A stretch of DNA of 64,000 nucleotides, taken from contig CAXREJ010000022.1 in assembly GCA_964229765.1 (NCBI GenBank), positions 19,128 to 83,127 of the forward strand, given 5' to 3'. Below are positions 28,925-38,724 of this stretch, piece after piece; the stretch's first letter is position 1; every line of letters begins with the position of its first letter. The position numbers and the translations under genes are program-made. The notes below the pieces were generated by a model. It was given only the letters and a program-made list of their open reading frames with translations. It was not told the DNA's origin and ran no database searches. The stretch is from Bdellovibrionales bacterium (GTDB taxonomy: Bacteria; Bdellovibrionota; Bdellovibrionia; Bdellovibrionales; JAGQZY01).

Positions 28925-30280
28925 CTATCTCACTCTTTGTAAAACACTACGAAGTTGATCACCCGTTACATTGGGTGCGATTTGACCATATTCACTGACA
29001 AGTTCAGCCATACCTCGCATACAATTAATTACTTTATTAGCGTATGTTGTTCGGCCAGCGCCACCATAATACCTTTCAGCTAAGGTATGATAATTGTTAA
29101 AAGTCATTGAACCATTACCCATTCTTTGTAGTAGGCCAGCATATTCTGCTTTTTTCAAAATAACGGAGTGATGAAGGTCGGCTTGTGCAAGTGTACTATT
29201 GAGCATAGCGGCTCGAAAGTTCATATAATCACTGCCAGAGTCGTACTGTTGAAAGCCCTCAACAACACTACCATAGGCGGCAAGCGCCTCTCTTCCCGTT
29301 GAGTTTCTCACTTGATACATTCCCCATGCACCACCGCCAGAGTCATTATTAACCGCATTTGGTGAGAGTCCCGATTCTTTATAAGCAATACAGATGCTAA
29401 ATCTTGGATCAACTGGTACTCGTGGTGCTCTTAATTGATTAATGGCTTCGAGGTCACTGAGGACATGTTGTACATGGTCTCGGAAATCATCATAAGTACG
29501 AGAGAGGCAATTGGTGGATGCATATCGGCTCCCATCCCAAGAGTTATTGCAGCGAAAATTTTGACGACCATCGAGGTCTTCGGGTTGTGCTGCAAAGGGG
29601 CGGGCAACAGGACGGGGACTTGTTGTTGGTGGACTTACAGTTGTTACTTCTTGGTCTCCATCAGAAGTTGTTGTTTCATTAGTTTCACTTTGAGTGGTTT
29701 CTTCTACGACAATTGAACTACCATAAACATCTTCATTATAGAATTGTGAACCAGTGGAACTTTCATTGTTAATGATGGGAGAGGGATTTTTATCGGCGTC
29801 GGCATCAACTTCTTCTTGTAGGTTCATTCGTACAGTTGAATATCGGTTAGGATTTTGGCTAAGAGCAATTAAATCTAAGTAACCTATAGATTCTCTTGGA
29901 TTTAGGTTTGTTGTTGTCAGTGGATTATTGATAACACGGACAGGGAAAAGATATCTTCCATTGGGTCCCATACGAGGGGGGAGAGTTCTATTTTGTTCAG
30001 CAAGACGCAGCCAGTTTCTGAGTGTTTCTCTTAAGTTTAATTGACCATTGCTATAGACCGCTTCTTGAGAAACTTCATCTGGAAGTTGAATTATAGAATT
30101 GGAAGGAACACTGTAATTAACGCGTTCAATGTTATCGAAGGAATGTAAACTCATTTGTGTATTGGTTAATCGAATAAGACTAGGTGAGCTTACTTGTGCA
30201 AACACAAAGGGAGTCGCAAAAATCATAGCGACAAAAACTAGGAAAATAAAAAGGTTTCGAATGTAAATGGCTTTATTCAT
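28925..30280 (-). CDS. secreted protein with C-terminal lysozyme-like/SLT lytic transglycosylase domain
   Basis: Signal peptide from MNKAIY (ATG 30280, AGGA RBS); Thr/Ser/Pro linker; IAYKESG (catalytic Glu), GAWGMYQV, RYYGG corresponding to SLT motifs I-III. Confidence 0.7.
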   Translation of the reverse strand: MNKAIYIRNLFIFLVFVAMIFATPFVFAQVSSPSLIRLTNTQMSLHSFDNIERVNYSVPSNSIIQLPDEVSQEAVYSNGQLNLRETLRNWLRLAEQNRTLPPRMGPNGRYLFPVRVINNPLTTTNLNPRESIGYLDLIALSQNPNRYSTVRMNLQEEVDADADKNPSPIINNESSTGSQFYNEDVYGSSIVVEETTQSETNETTTSDGDQEVTTVSPPTTSPRPVARPFAAQPEDLDGRQNFRCNNSWDGSRYASTNCLSRTYDDFRDHVQHVLSDLEAINQLRAPRVPVDPRFSICIAYKESGLSPNAVNNDSGGGAWGMYQVRNSTGREALAAYGSVVEGFQQYDSGSDYMNFRAAMLNSTLAQADLHHSVILKKAEYAGLLQRMGNGSMTFNNYHTLAERYYGGAGRTTYANKVINCMRGMAELVSEYGQIAPNVTGDQLRSVLQRVR

Positions 30281-30491
30281 TAATATTCCTATCTGGTTAC
30301 ATGCTGCTTTTGGAAAGTAAAATAAAATGACATTTCCAATCGGAGAGTTTCCTCGCCTTGTCTCAGTTAAATACAAAGTTCGTACCAACCTGAAACAAAC
30401 TGAAACCACAGAGAGTGTTCATTGAGAGTTTTTAAAGAAGTAACATTACAAATGCCAAAGAGCGCGTTACCAACTGTCAACTTTTTTGACA

Positions 30492-30719
30492 CCCAATGGA
30501 GAACCCCGCAGCACGAAGTGCGAGGAGTGAGGCTCCATTGGGCTATTAATCTCGTAGAGATTAATAGGGCCGAGCCGGCCTGAGGCGAGAGAACCCCGCA
30601 GCACGAAGTGCGAGGAGTGAGGCTCCATTGGGCTATTAATCTCGCAGAGATTAATAGGGCCGAGCCGGCCTGAGGCGAGAGAACCCCGCAGCACGAAGTG
30701 CGAGGAGTGAGGCTCCATT
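30492..30719. repeat. GC-rich tandem repeat, 90-bp period, about 2.5 copies, made of hairpins
   Basis: 41-bp gagaaccccgcagcacgaagtgcgaggagtgaggctccatt at 30499, 30589 and 30679, separated by two 49-bp units that differ at one base. Confidence 0.9.
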
Positions 30720-30878
30720 TCCCAACTGGGCCCCATGCCTAAACGGCATATCACCCGTTGGGGGCCAGAGGCGGGAGTGCCTCGCACCGCTAGGAGATAT
30801 GCCGAAGGCATGAGACTCCAAGTGGACCGAAAAGTGGATAGCATCGAAGGAGATGTTGTCATTCGGAGCGAAGAAATT
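30720..30878. other. GC-rich structured palindromic non-coding segment
   Basis: catgcct..cggcatatc ... gatatgccg..aggcatg long stem; ends in tgtcattcggagcgaag, a REP-like fragment. Confidence 0.5.
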
Positions 30879-31131
30879 AAAGATGTCTTTAATCTTTTTT
30901 GAGAACGGTAAATTGTTTTCTCAGTCCATTAAACAAGCAGAATAAAGGTCAAAAACTTCGTCTTTAGGACAATAAGTCTTGCCTAAGTACTTAAGACAAA
31001 GGACTTGTTTTTATGGCTTCGGATGGGCTGAAAGGCAATTTCAGAGCTGAAGACAGAAGCTGGACTCAAATAATTTCTAAATTTTTATAAAATAAAATTT
31101 CGGCGCATGGATGCGCTGGAAAAGGGTAAAC

Positions 31132-32370
31132 ATGGAAGTTGTAAGAAGTTTTTGTGCGTTAGCACTAGTGATACTCCTTGTCGGTTGTGGCTCTAAATCA
31201 AGTAGTTCAAATCAAGAACAATTTAAAAAGTCAGAAAAACCAAGCTGTCAAAACCTTGAAATCAAAGGCGAGTACCTTGTTCATTGGAATGATGGTGAAG
31301 TGACAGTTGTTAGTGCTAACAATGAGTCCGAGTTTGTTGAAGAGTACTTAGAAGGTCATAAAAATGAAATCATTAGTTCTGAACCACACTATCGGATCCA
31401 ACTGAGCGCAAGTGAACTTGTCCAGCAAAGAGACTGGGGTGGTGGAGTTAACTGGGGTGTGGAGTCTATTCAAGCTGATATGGTTTGGAATAAAAACTTA
31501 CCACAAGAAGATATTATTGTTGCTGTCATTGATTCGGGAGTGAATGTAACTCATCCACAATTACAAGCTGCTATATTTAAAAATACTGCTGAGAGCTTTA
31601 ATGGACTTGATGATGATGGCAACGGCTATATTGATGATGTTGGTGGTTTCAATTTTGTAAATGGATCTCCTTATCTGAATGATTATACTGGGCATGGAAC
31701 TCATGTTGCAGGAATTATAGCGGCTCAACACAATGAGGGACGAATTATGGGGGTGGCCCCTAATGTAAAAATACTTCCTCTTGCATTCATTGATCAAAGA
31801 GGGGGTGGTGATATTCAGAAAGCAGTTAATGCTATTCGCTATGCTGCTCAAATGGGTGCAAAGGTCATTAACGCCAGTTGGGGGGGGAGTGTTTGCTCTC
31901 AGTTATTGGAACTAGAAATTGAAAGTTTAAAAGAAAAAAATATTCTTTTTGTGTCAGCCGCTGGAAACAGTGGGAATGATCTTTCTATTTTTCCAGAATA
32001 TCCGGCCGCTTTTCTTCTTGATAACCTTATTAGTGTGGGAGCTTCTACTGTGGACAGCAAGACAGCTGAGTTTTCAAATTATGGAGATTTAGTTCACTTA
32101 GTGGCACCGGGAGCTAATATCGCAAGCACTTACCCACCAGAATTTGATGTTGATGGAAGTCTTGATGGTATTGCCACGTTAAATGGAACAAGTATGGCGA
32201 CTCCATTTGTCAGTGGGGCTGCGGGCTTGTTGTGGTCAATTTATCCTAATGCGTCATATCTCCAAATTAAGGAAGCTTTGCTCAATGGGGTAGAAGCTGG
32301 ACCTTATCCGGTTATTACACGAGGTCAATTGAACCTAAGAAAGTCATACGATTATTTAATGGCTCAATAA
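31132..32370 (+). CDS. S8 subtilisin-like serine protease, lipoprotein
   Basis: VAVIDSG, GHGTHVAG, AAGN, GTSMATPFVSG triad motifs; lipobox LVGC. Confidence 0.95.
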   Translation: MEVVRSFCALALVILLVGCGSKSSSSNQEQFKKSEKPSCQNLEIKGEYLVHWNDGEVTVVSANNESEFVEEYLEGHKNEIISSEPHYRIQLSASELVQQRDWGGGVNWGVESIQADMVWNKNLPQEDIIVAVIDSGVNVTHPQLQAAIFKNTAESFNGLDDDGNGYIDDVGGFNFVNGSPYLNDYTGHGTHVAGIIAAQHNEGRIMGVAPNVKILPLAFIDQRGGGDIQKAVNAIRYAAQMGAKVINASWGGSVCSQLLELEIESLKEKNILFVSAAGNSGNDLSIFPEYPAAFLLDNLISVGASTVDSKTAEFSNYGDLVHLVAPGANIASTYPPEFDVDGSLDGIATLNGTSMATPFVSGAAGLLWSIYPNASYLQIKEALLNGVEAGPYPVITRGQLNLRKSYDYLMAQ

Positions 32371-32667
32371 GGGTTTTTCCCTTTAGATATAGGATTGAAG
32401 CGAGTTATTTGGCTTTTTAAAGCACTGAAGTCCTAAAAAGAGCCTTTTAATTTATTTATACAAATAATCTATAGCTTAAATCGAAGATATTAGATCTGAC
32501 TGAAAAATAAGCTTAGTGTAAAAGAGCTTGTTCTTTTACTATGTGGACTTTTGTAAACAGGGCTCTATATTCATAATACGGCGCTTAAAAAAATGGATTC
32601 CTTTTCTTGATTTCACAGTGCAGCATTCGTTATTGTGCTCCATTGCTAAAAAATCAGGAGCCATTAA

Positions 32668-33957
32668 GTGCGCTATTATATAGACAATCTAAAGGACTAT
32701 GTGGGCCAAACAGTTGAACTCAAAGGCTGGGTTTTCAACACTCGTGGTTCTAAAAAAATCAAATTCTTAATTTTGCGTGATGGAACAGGTTTATGTCAGT
32801 GCATCTTCTTTAAAGGAGATTGCGATGATGAGGCCTTTGAGAACTTTCAGAATTTAACTCAAGAATCCACGGTTAAAGTTACTGGTGTGGTAAAAGAAGA
32901 GCCGCGCAGTCCTGGTGGATATGAACTTTCTGCTAAGTCTTTTGAAATTATATCCCAAGCCACAGATTATCCCATTACGCCAAAAGAGCATGGTGTCGAC
33001 TTTTTAATGAACCATCGTCATTTGTGGTTACGCTCAAAGAGGCAACATGCAGTTATGAGAGTTCGCTCTGAAATCATAAATGCTATTCGATCCTTTTTTG
33101 ATGATAGAGGTTTTACTTGCACTGACGCTCCTATTTTCACGCCCAATGCTTGTGAAGGAACGTCCACTCTTTTTTCGACTCAATACTTTGATGACAATGC
33201 CTTTTTATCACAGAGCGGTCAGCTTTATATGGAGGCGACGGCAGCGGCATTAGGTAAAGTGTACTGCTTTGGACCGACATTTAGAGCGGAAAAATCAAAA
33301 ACTCGACGGCATTTGATTGAGTTCTGGATGGTGGAACCAGAAGTTGCGTTCAATGATCTTTACGACAACATGGAATTAGCGGAGCAGTTTGTAGAGTATG
33401 TTGTACAACGCACTCTTAAAAATCGTAAAGTGGAATTGGAAGCTTTAGAAAGAGATCTAAGTAAACTTGAAGTTATTAAAGGTCCCTTCCCAAGACTACA
33501 TTATGAAGAAGCAACAAAGATTATTAAAAAAGAAAATCCTGACTTTATAGACGGTGATGATTTTGGTGCTCCTGATGAAACTATAATTAGTAGTCAATTT
33601 GATAAGCCCGTTTTTGTTCACCATTTTCCTACGGCCATTAAGGCTTTCTATATGAAAGAGGAGCCTGAGGATTCCAAGTTTAGTTTGAGTTGTGATTTGT
33701 TAGCGACCGAAGGTTACGGAGAAATCATTGGTGGTGGTCAGAGAGAAGATAATCTTGAAATTTTAGATAGAAAAATAAAAGAACACGAATTGAACTTGGA
33801 AGATTTCTCTTGGTACAGAGATTTAAGAAAGTACGGAAGCTTTCCTCATTCAGGTTTTGGATTAGGTATTGAACGAACAGTGGCGTGGATATGTGGTTTG
33901 AATCATGTACGTGAAACAATTCCCTTTCCTCGATTATATGGAAGACTCCATCCTTAA
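32668..33957 (+). CDS. asnS: asparagine--tRNA ligase
   Basis: [51 protein letters not shown]. Confidence 0.93.
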   Translation: MRYYIDNLKDYVGQTVELKGWVFNTRGSKKIKFLILRDGTGLCQCIFFKGDCDDEAFENFQNLTQESTVKVTGVVKEEPRSPGGYELSAKSFEIISQATDYPITPKEHGVDFLMNHRHLWLRSKRQHAVMRVRSEIINAIRSFFDDRGFTCTDAPIFTPNACEGTSTLFSTQYFDDNAFLSQSGQLYMEATAAALGKVYCFGPTFRAEKSKTRRHLIEFWMVEPEVAFNDLYDNMELAEQFVEYVVQRTLKNRKVELEALERDLSKLEVIKGPFPRLHYEEATKIIKKENPDFIDGDDFGAPDETIISSQFDKPVFVHHFPTAIKAFYMKEEPEDSKFSLSCDLLATEGYGEIIGGGQREDNLEILDRKIKEHELNLEDFSWYRDLRKYGSFPHSGFGLGIERTVAWICGLNHVRETIPFPRLYGRLHP

Positions 33958-33968
33958 AAGGTGAAAAT

Positions 33969-35522
33969 ATGGAAACAAATATTGAACGACTGAATTTGCT
34001 TGAACAAAAAAACCAAAAAGCCTTCGAGGGCGGTGGTGAAGATAGAATTAAAAAGCACAAACAGGGTACTCGCCTAACGGCTCGCGAGAGACTTCATACA
34101 CTTCTTGATCCAGGCAGCTTTGTTGAAATGGATCGCTTTGTGACCCATCGTTGTCAGAACTTCAAAATGAATGAGAAAAAAATTGATGGTGACGGTGTTA
34201 TTACAGGTTATGGACGAATTAACGGTAAACTTGTTTATGTTTATAGCCAGGATTTTACTGTTTTCGGTGGGAGTATGTCCCGAACTCAAGCCAATAAAAT
34301 TTTAAAAGTTCAAGAAATGGCTATGAAAAACGGCGCCCCTATAATTGGCCTTAATGACTCAGGTGGGGCAAGAATTCAAGAAGGGGTGGAAGCGCTTGGT
34401 GGTTACGCGGACATCTTTCTTAACAACGTTATGGCCTCTGGGGTTGTTCCTCAAATTAGCGCCATCATGGGCCCGAGTGCTGGTGGAGCTGTTTACTCAC
34501 CTTCAATCACTGACTTTATTTTTATGGTTAAAGACACGAGTTATATGTTTGTGACTGGGCCGGATGTTATTAAGACGGTTACTCATGAAGAGGTTACGAA
34601 AGAAGAGTTAGGCGGTGCCTCAACTCATAGTCAGAAGTCGGGTGTCGCTCATTTTGCAGCAGAAGATGATAAACACTGTTTGTTAATGATCCGAGAAATG
34701 TTGAACTTCTTGCCAAGCAATAATCTCGATGATCCTCCGAAAATTGATACAAAAGATGATCCCAATCGTATGGTTGAAGACCTAGCAACCTTTATTCCAG
34801 ATAGTTCGAGAAAACCTTACGATATGAAAGAGTTGATCAAAAAAGTAGTGGATGAAAGTTACTTTTTAGAAATTCATGGGAACTATGCCACCAATGTTAT
34901 TGTTGGTTTTGCGCGATTTAATGGCAGAAGTGTTGGTATCGTTGCTAACCAACCTCAAGTACTAGCGGGTTGTTTAAATATTGATGCCAGTAAAAAAGCC
35001 GCGCGTTTTATCCGCTTTTGTGATGCTTTCAACATACCCTTAGTCAATTTTGTTGATGTTCCAGGATTTCTTCCTGGTACGGACCAAGAATGGCAAGGAA
35101 TTATTACTCATGGAGCAAAATTACTTTATGCCTATGCTGAGGCCACAGTACCTAAGGTGACTATTATCACTCGTAAAGATTACGGTGGCGCTTATTGTGT
35201 GATGTCTTCTAAACACCTTAGAGGGGATGTCAATTTAGCATTTCCCTCAGCTGAAATAGCTGTGATGGGTGCAGAAGGTGCCGTTAATATTATCTTTAGG
35301 GATGCTATTAATAAAGCCACGGATGCCGAAGCCGAACGAGTCCAATTAACAAAAGATTATGAAGATAAGTTTAACAATCCTTATGTGGCTGCTGAACTAG
35401 GATATATTGATGAAGTGATCGAGCCGGCAATGACAAGGAAGAGAATCTGTGACTCTTTGGAAATGCTTCAAAATAAGCGGGACACAAACCCACCGAAAAA
35501 ACATGGAAACATTCCCCTTTAG
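33969..35522 (+). CDS. pccB: acyl-CoA (propionyl-CoA) carboxylase beta subunit
   Basis: [44 protein letters not shown]. Confidence 0.93.
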   Translation: METNIERLNLLEQKNQKAFEGGGEDRIKKHKQGTRLTARERLHTLLDPGSFVEMDRFVTHRCQNFKMNEKKIDGDGVITGYGRINGKLVYVYSQDFTVFGGSMSRTQANKILKVQEMAMKNGAPIIGLNDSGGARIQEGVEALGGYADIFLNNVMASGVVPQISAIMGPSAGGAVYSPSITDFIFMVKDTSYMFVTGPDVIKTVTHEEVTKEELGGASTHSQKSGVAHFAAEDDKHCLLMIREMLNFLPSNNLDDPPKIDTKDDPNRMVEDLATFIPDSSRKPYDMKELIKKVVDESYFLEIHGNYATNVIVGFARFNGRSVGIVANQPQVLAGCLNIDASKKAARFIRFCDAFNIPLVNFVDVPGFLPGTDQEWQGIITHGAKLLYAYAEATVPKVTIITRKDYGGAYCVMSSKHLRGDVNLAFPSAEIAVMGAEGAVNIIFRDAINKATDAEAERVQLTKDYEDKFNNPYVAAELGYIDEVIEPAMTRKRICDSLEMLQNKRDTNPPKKHGNIPL

Positions 35523-35533
35523 GAGAAACAATT

Positions 35534-37033
35534 ATGTTTAAAAAAATCTTAGTGGCTAATCGAGGGGAAATTGCAGTTCGTGTGATCAGAGCCTGTCGTG
35601 ATATGGGTATTTCTTCTGTTGCCGTTTTTAGTGAGGCTGATCGCTACAGTCAGCATGTCCTCCTTGCCGATGAAGCTTATGCTATTGGGCCAGCCCCAAG
35701 TAATGAGTCCTATCTTGATGATAATAAAATCTTAACTGTTGCAAAAAATGCTGGAGTGGATGCAATTCACCCTGGTTATGGATTCATGAGTGAAAATGCT
35801 GATTTTGCAAAAAGAGTGGCTGAGGCAGGTATTGAATTTATAGGTCCATCACCCCAAAATATTATTGATATGGGAGACAAACTTTCAGCCATTTCACTGA
35901 TGAAGAAAGCCGGTGTTCCCACGGTACCTGGAAGTAACGGCGCTGTAGACACTGTTGAAGATGCAAGGCGAATTGCTAAAGAGATTGGGTATCCCATCAT
36001 GATTAAAGCCACAGCTGGTGGTGGTGGTAAAGGGATGAGAGTTGTCCATCAAGAAAAGGACCTCGAAAGTGCTTATCGTGCGGCTCGTTCGGAAGGCTTA
36101 AATTATTTTAAGAATGATATCGTTTATATGGAAAGGTTTATTACCAGTCCTAAGCATATTGAGATTCAAGTTTTTGGCGATAAACACGGAAATGTCGTTC
36201 ATCTATTTGAGAGAGAGTGTTCCATCCAGCGACGTCATCAAAAAATTATTGAAGAAAGTCCCAGCCCTTCTGTTCCAGAAGAAGTAAGGCAACGTATGGG
36301 TGATGTATCGGTAAAGGCTGCGGAGTCGATTGGATACGTTGGTGCGGGAACTTTTGAGTTTATATTCGACAATAACACAAAAGAATTCTTTTTCATGGAA
36401 ATGAATACGCGACTTCAAGTTGAGCATCCTATCACTGAAGCTGTTACAGGTGTTGATTTAGTACGAGAACAGATTTTGGTAGCAGCTGGCAACGAGCTTT
36501 CTTGGAAACAAGAAGATATAGTTATTCAAGGTCATGCTATTGAGTGCAGAATATGCGCTGAAGATCCTGAGACATTTATTCCGTCTCCAGGAAAAATTAA
36601 GAGATTTCGTCCGCCGGCAGGACCTCGTGTTCGAGTTGATACCTATGTTTTCTCTGGTTATGACATTCCCATTTATTACGATCCTATGATTGCTAAGCTT
36701 GTTACTTGGGGTAAATCGAGAGAAGAAGCCATTGATAGAATGAACCGTGCTTTAATAGAGTTCACTTTAACCGGTGTGAAATCCAATATTGTTTTGCATA
36801 AATCTATTCTGAAAAATAAAAAGTTTTTAACTGGAGAGTACACTACTCAATTTTGTGAGAATGATTTAAAAGTAGAAACTCCAGACTTATTTAAGTTTGT
36901 TGATGATCGTGTCTTTCTTATTTCGGCTGCAATTTCAGCATATAAAGATAGAGAAAAAAATCCAGTAGAAAAGAAATTTCAAAAAATGTCTGCATGGAAA
37001 CTTTCTGGCCGTAGTGGTGGATTGAGGAAATAA
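35534..37033 (+). CDS. accC: biotin carboxylase subunit of acyl-CoA carboxylase
   Basis: ANRGEIA, HPGYGF.SEN, GGGGKGMR, RECSIQRRHQK, EMNTRLQVEHP, YYDPMIAKL. Confidence 0.93.
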   Translation: MFKKILVANRGEIAVRVIRACRDMGISSVAVFSEADRYSQHVLLADEAYAIGPAPSNESYLDDNKILTVAKNAGVDAIHPGYGFMSENADFAKRVAEAGIEFIGPSPQNIIDMGDKLSAISLMKKAGVPTVPGSNGAVDTVEDARRIAKEIGYPIMIKATAGGGGKGMRVVHQEKDLESAYRAARSEGLNYFKNDIVYMERFITSPKHIEIQVFGDKHGNVVHLFERECSIQRRHQKIIEESPSPSVPEEVRQRMGDVSVKAAESIGYVGAGTFEFIFDNNTKEFFFMEMNTRLQVEHPITEAVTGVDLVREQILVAAGNELSWKQEDIVIQGHAIECRICAEDPETFIPSPGKIKRFRPPAGPRVRVDTYVFSGYDIPIYYDPMIAKLVTWGKSREEAIDRMNRALIEFTLTGVKSNIVLHKSILKNKKFLTGEYTTQFCENDLKVETPDLFKFVDDRVFLISAAISAYKDREKNPVEKKFQKMSAWKLSGRSGGLRK

Positions 37034-37557
37034 TGTTATTTGAAGCTGAGTTAAGAAAAAAGAAATATCAAATTATCGTAGATAAAACGGCCTCGACTTG
37101 GGAAGTCTCCTTAACTGCTGATGGTGGTGAGGAGGAAAAGTTTTCTATTTCTCACAAAGACTTTGAAGAGGCAGATAATGTTATCAGCTTTCTATTTCAA
37201 GACCATTCTTATTTAGTTGATACAGTTTCCGATGGAACTAAGTACGATGTATACACACGTGGGTCTTATCGTAGTGTTAAAATCTTTAATGATGAAATGT
37301 TGCTCCATGAAAGCTTAAAGTCGGGTCGACCAATTGGAGGAGAGACTGGTCTGAATTCGGGTATGCCTGGGAAAATTATTAGTGTTCTAGTAAAAGAGGG
37401 CGATAAAGTAGAAGAGGGGACGCCTCTTCTTATTATGGAAGCCATGAAAATGGAAAATGAAATGAAAGCCTCTGGTGAAGCTGTCATCAAAAAAGTGCTG
37501 GTCAATCCTGGTGACAATGTTGAAACTGGAGCTCTCTTAATTGAATATGAAGTTTAG
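37033..37557 (+). CDS. biotin carboxyl carrier (biotinyl-domain) protein
   Basis: MPGKI, EAMKMENE biotinylation motif. Confidence 0.92.
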   Translation: MLFEAELRKKKYQIIVDKTASTWEVSLTADGGEEEKFSISHKDFEEADNVISFLFQDHSYLVDTVSDGTKYDVYTRGSYRSVKIFNDEMLLHESLKSGRPIGGETGLNSGMPGKIISVLVKEGDKVEEGTPLLIMEAMKMENEMKASGEAVIKKVLVNPGDNVETGALLIEYEV

Positions 37558-37724
37558 GGGCTGTTGACAATTCTGCGGCTTCAACTCCTGGCAATTTTGA
37601 GCTGTGCTCACCTTCACCTTATTCGATGTGGCTATGGCCACACTTCCTAAAGTTCGGTCTACATTTAATTCAAAATTAATGAGGTTTTGAATCCTCTTTA
37701 CGAATATGAATTATCAACATCTTC
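37557..37724 (+). mobile_element. MITE-like repeat family B copy (right end degenerate)
   Basis: ta|ggggctgttgacaattc...ttattcgatgtggctatggccacac...atgaattatcaaca; starts on the TAG stop of the upstream gene. Confidence 0.75.
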
Positions 37725-37729
37725 TCGCT

Positions 37730-38566
37730 TTATTGGCTGAGATCTGTTTTTATATTTTTAATAAACTCATCGAATAAATCACAGAATTTTTGCTCTACAG
37801 AATTAGCCATTGCAGTCACTTCATCATGGGTGAGTTTTGTAGAATGTATGCCTGCTGCAGGGTTAGTAATACATGAAACCGCACACACTCTCAGGCCGAG
37901 GTGATTAGCTGCAATACTTTCCGGTACAGTGCTCATACCAACTGCTTGTCCTCCAATAATCTGTAGAAAACGAACTTCGGAAGGTGTTTCATAAGTGGGG
38001 CCGCTGACCCCGCAATAAACACCTTTCCAATGCCTGACATTTTGACTTTCTAATACATTGATTAGTTTTTGAGTTAGGACTTTATCGTAGGCTTCAGTCA
38101 TGTCTGGAAAACGTGGTCCTAGATTTTTAATATTTGGCCCCATTAGTGGGTTATCCCCCATAAGATTAATATGATCTTCAATGACCATTAAATCTCCTGA
38201 TTGCATTTGAGGGTTTAATCCACCTGCTGAATTGGTAAGAATTAAAATTTCTATTCCAAGCATAGCTAAAGTGCGTATAGGATAAGCCACCTGCTCCATC
38301 TTATGACCTTCATAATAATGAACGCGGCCTTGCATAACAGCAATAGGAACACCATGAAATTCACCGAAAACAAGACGACCACTGTGGCCTTCGACAGATG
38401 GTGCTGCAAAATTAGGTATTTCCGAGAAAGAAATCTCACAACTAACATCTATGTGATTAACAAAAGCACCCAGGCCTGAACCTAAAACAATACCTACGCG
38501 AGGTTTTATTTGGGTTTTAGAGCGTATATATTGAGTGGTTTCTTGTAATTTGTCTAAAACGTCCAC
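37730..38566 (-). CDS. punA: purine-nucleoside phosphorylase (trimeric type)
   Basis: IVLGSGLG, GR.HYYEG, TNSAGG, GPTYETP.E, VGMSTVPE. Confidence 0.93.
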   Translation of the reverse strand: MDVLDKLQETTQYIRSKTQIKPRVGIVLGSGLGAFVNHIDVSCEISFSEIPNFAAPSVEGHSGRLVFGEFHGVPIAVMQGRVHYYEGHKMEQVAYPIRTLAMLGIEILILTNSAGGLNPQMQSGDLMVIEDHINLMGDNPLMGPNIKNLGPRFPDMTEAYDKVLTQKLINVLESQNVRHWKGVYCGVSGPTYETPSEVRFLQIIGGQAVGMSTVPESIAANHLGLRVCAVSCITNPAAGIHSTKLTHDEVTAMANSVEQKFCDLFDEFIKNIKTDLSQ

Positions 38567-38724
38567 ATGCGATCCTTTTAATGTATTAAATGATTATCCA
38601 TAAAGTCGAGGCCTCTGTCTAGAGGATTAGATTGATCAATTTGTGAATTTCAAGATTAAGCATCTTGTTAAATCAAGTCATTTTTACTTAAATAAATAAT
38701 ATTTATTTAAGTAGAACCTCTAAA

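Noticed and set aside
30499-30719. Possible CRISPR array (three 41-bp repeats with 49-bp spacers)
   Set aside because: The two spacers are identical except for one base and are themselves palindromic, and there are no cas genes; it is a tandem repeat
30780-30860. Glycine riboswitch, SRP, 6S, RNase P or tRNA
   Set aside because: gccgaagg and catcgaaggag fragments occur, but the CTCTCAGG, GGAAG-AGCAG, GAGGAAAGTCC and T-loop/cloverleaf hallmarks are absent
30467-30862. 131-aa ORF on the minus strand
   Set aside because: It stays open because the repeat period (90 bp) is a multiple of three; its composition is unlike neighbouring genes and there is no clear RBS
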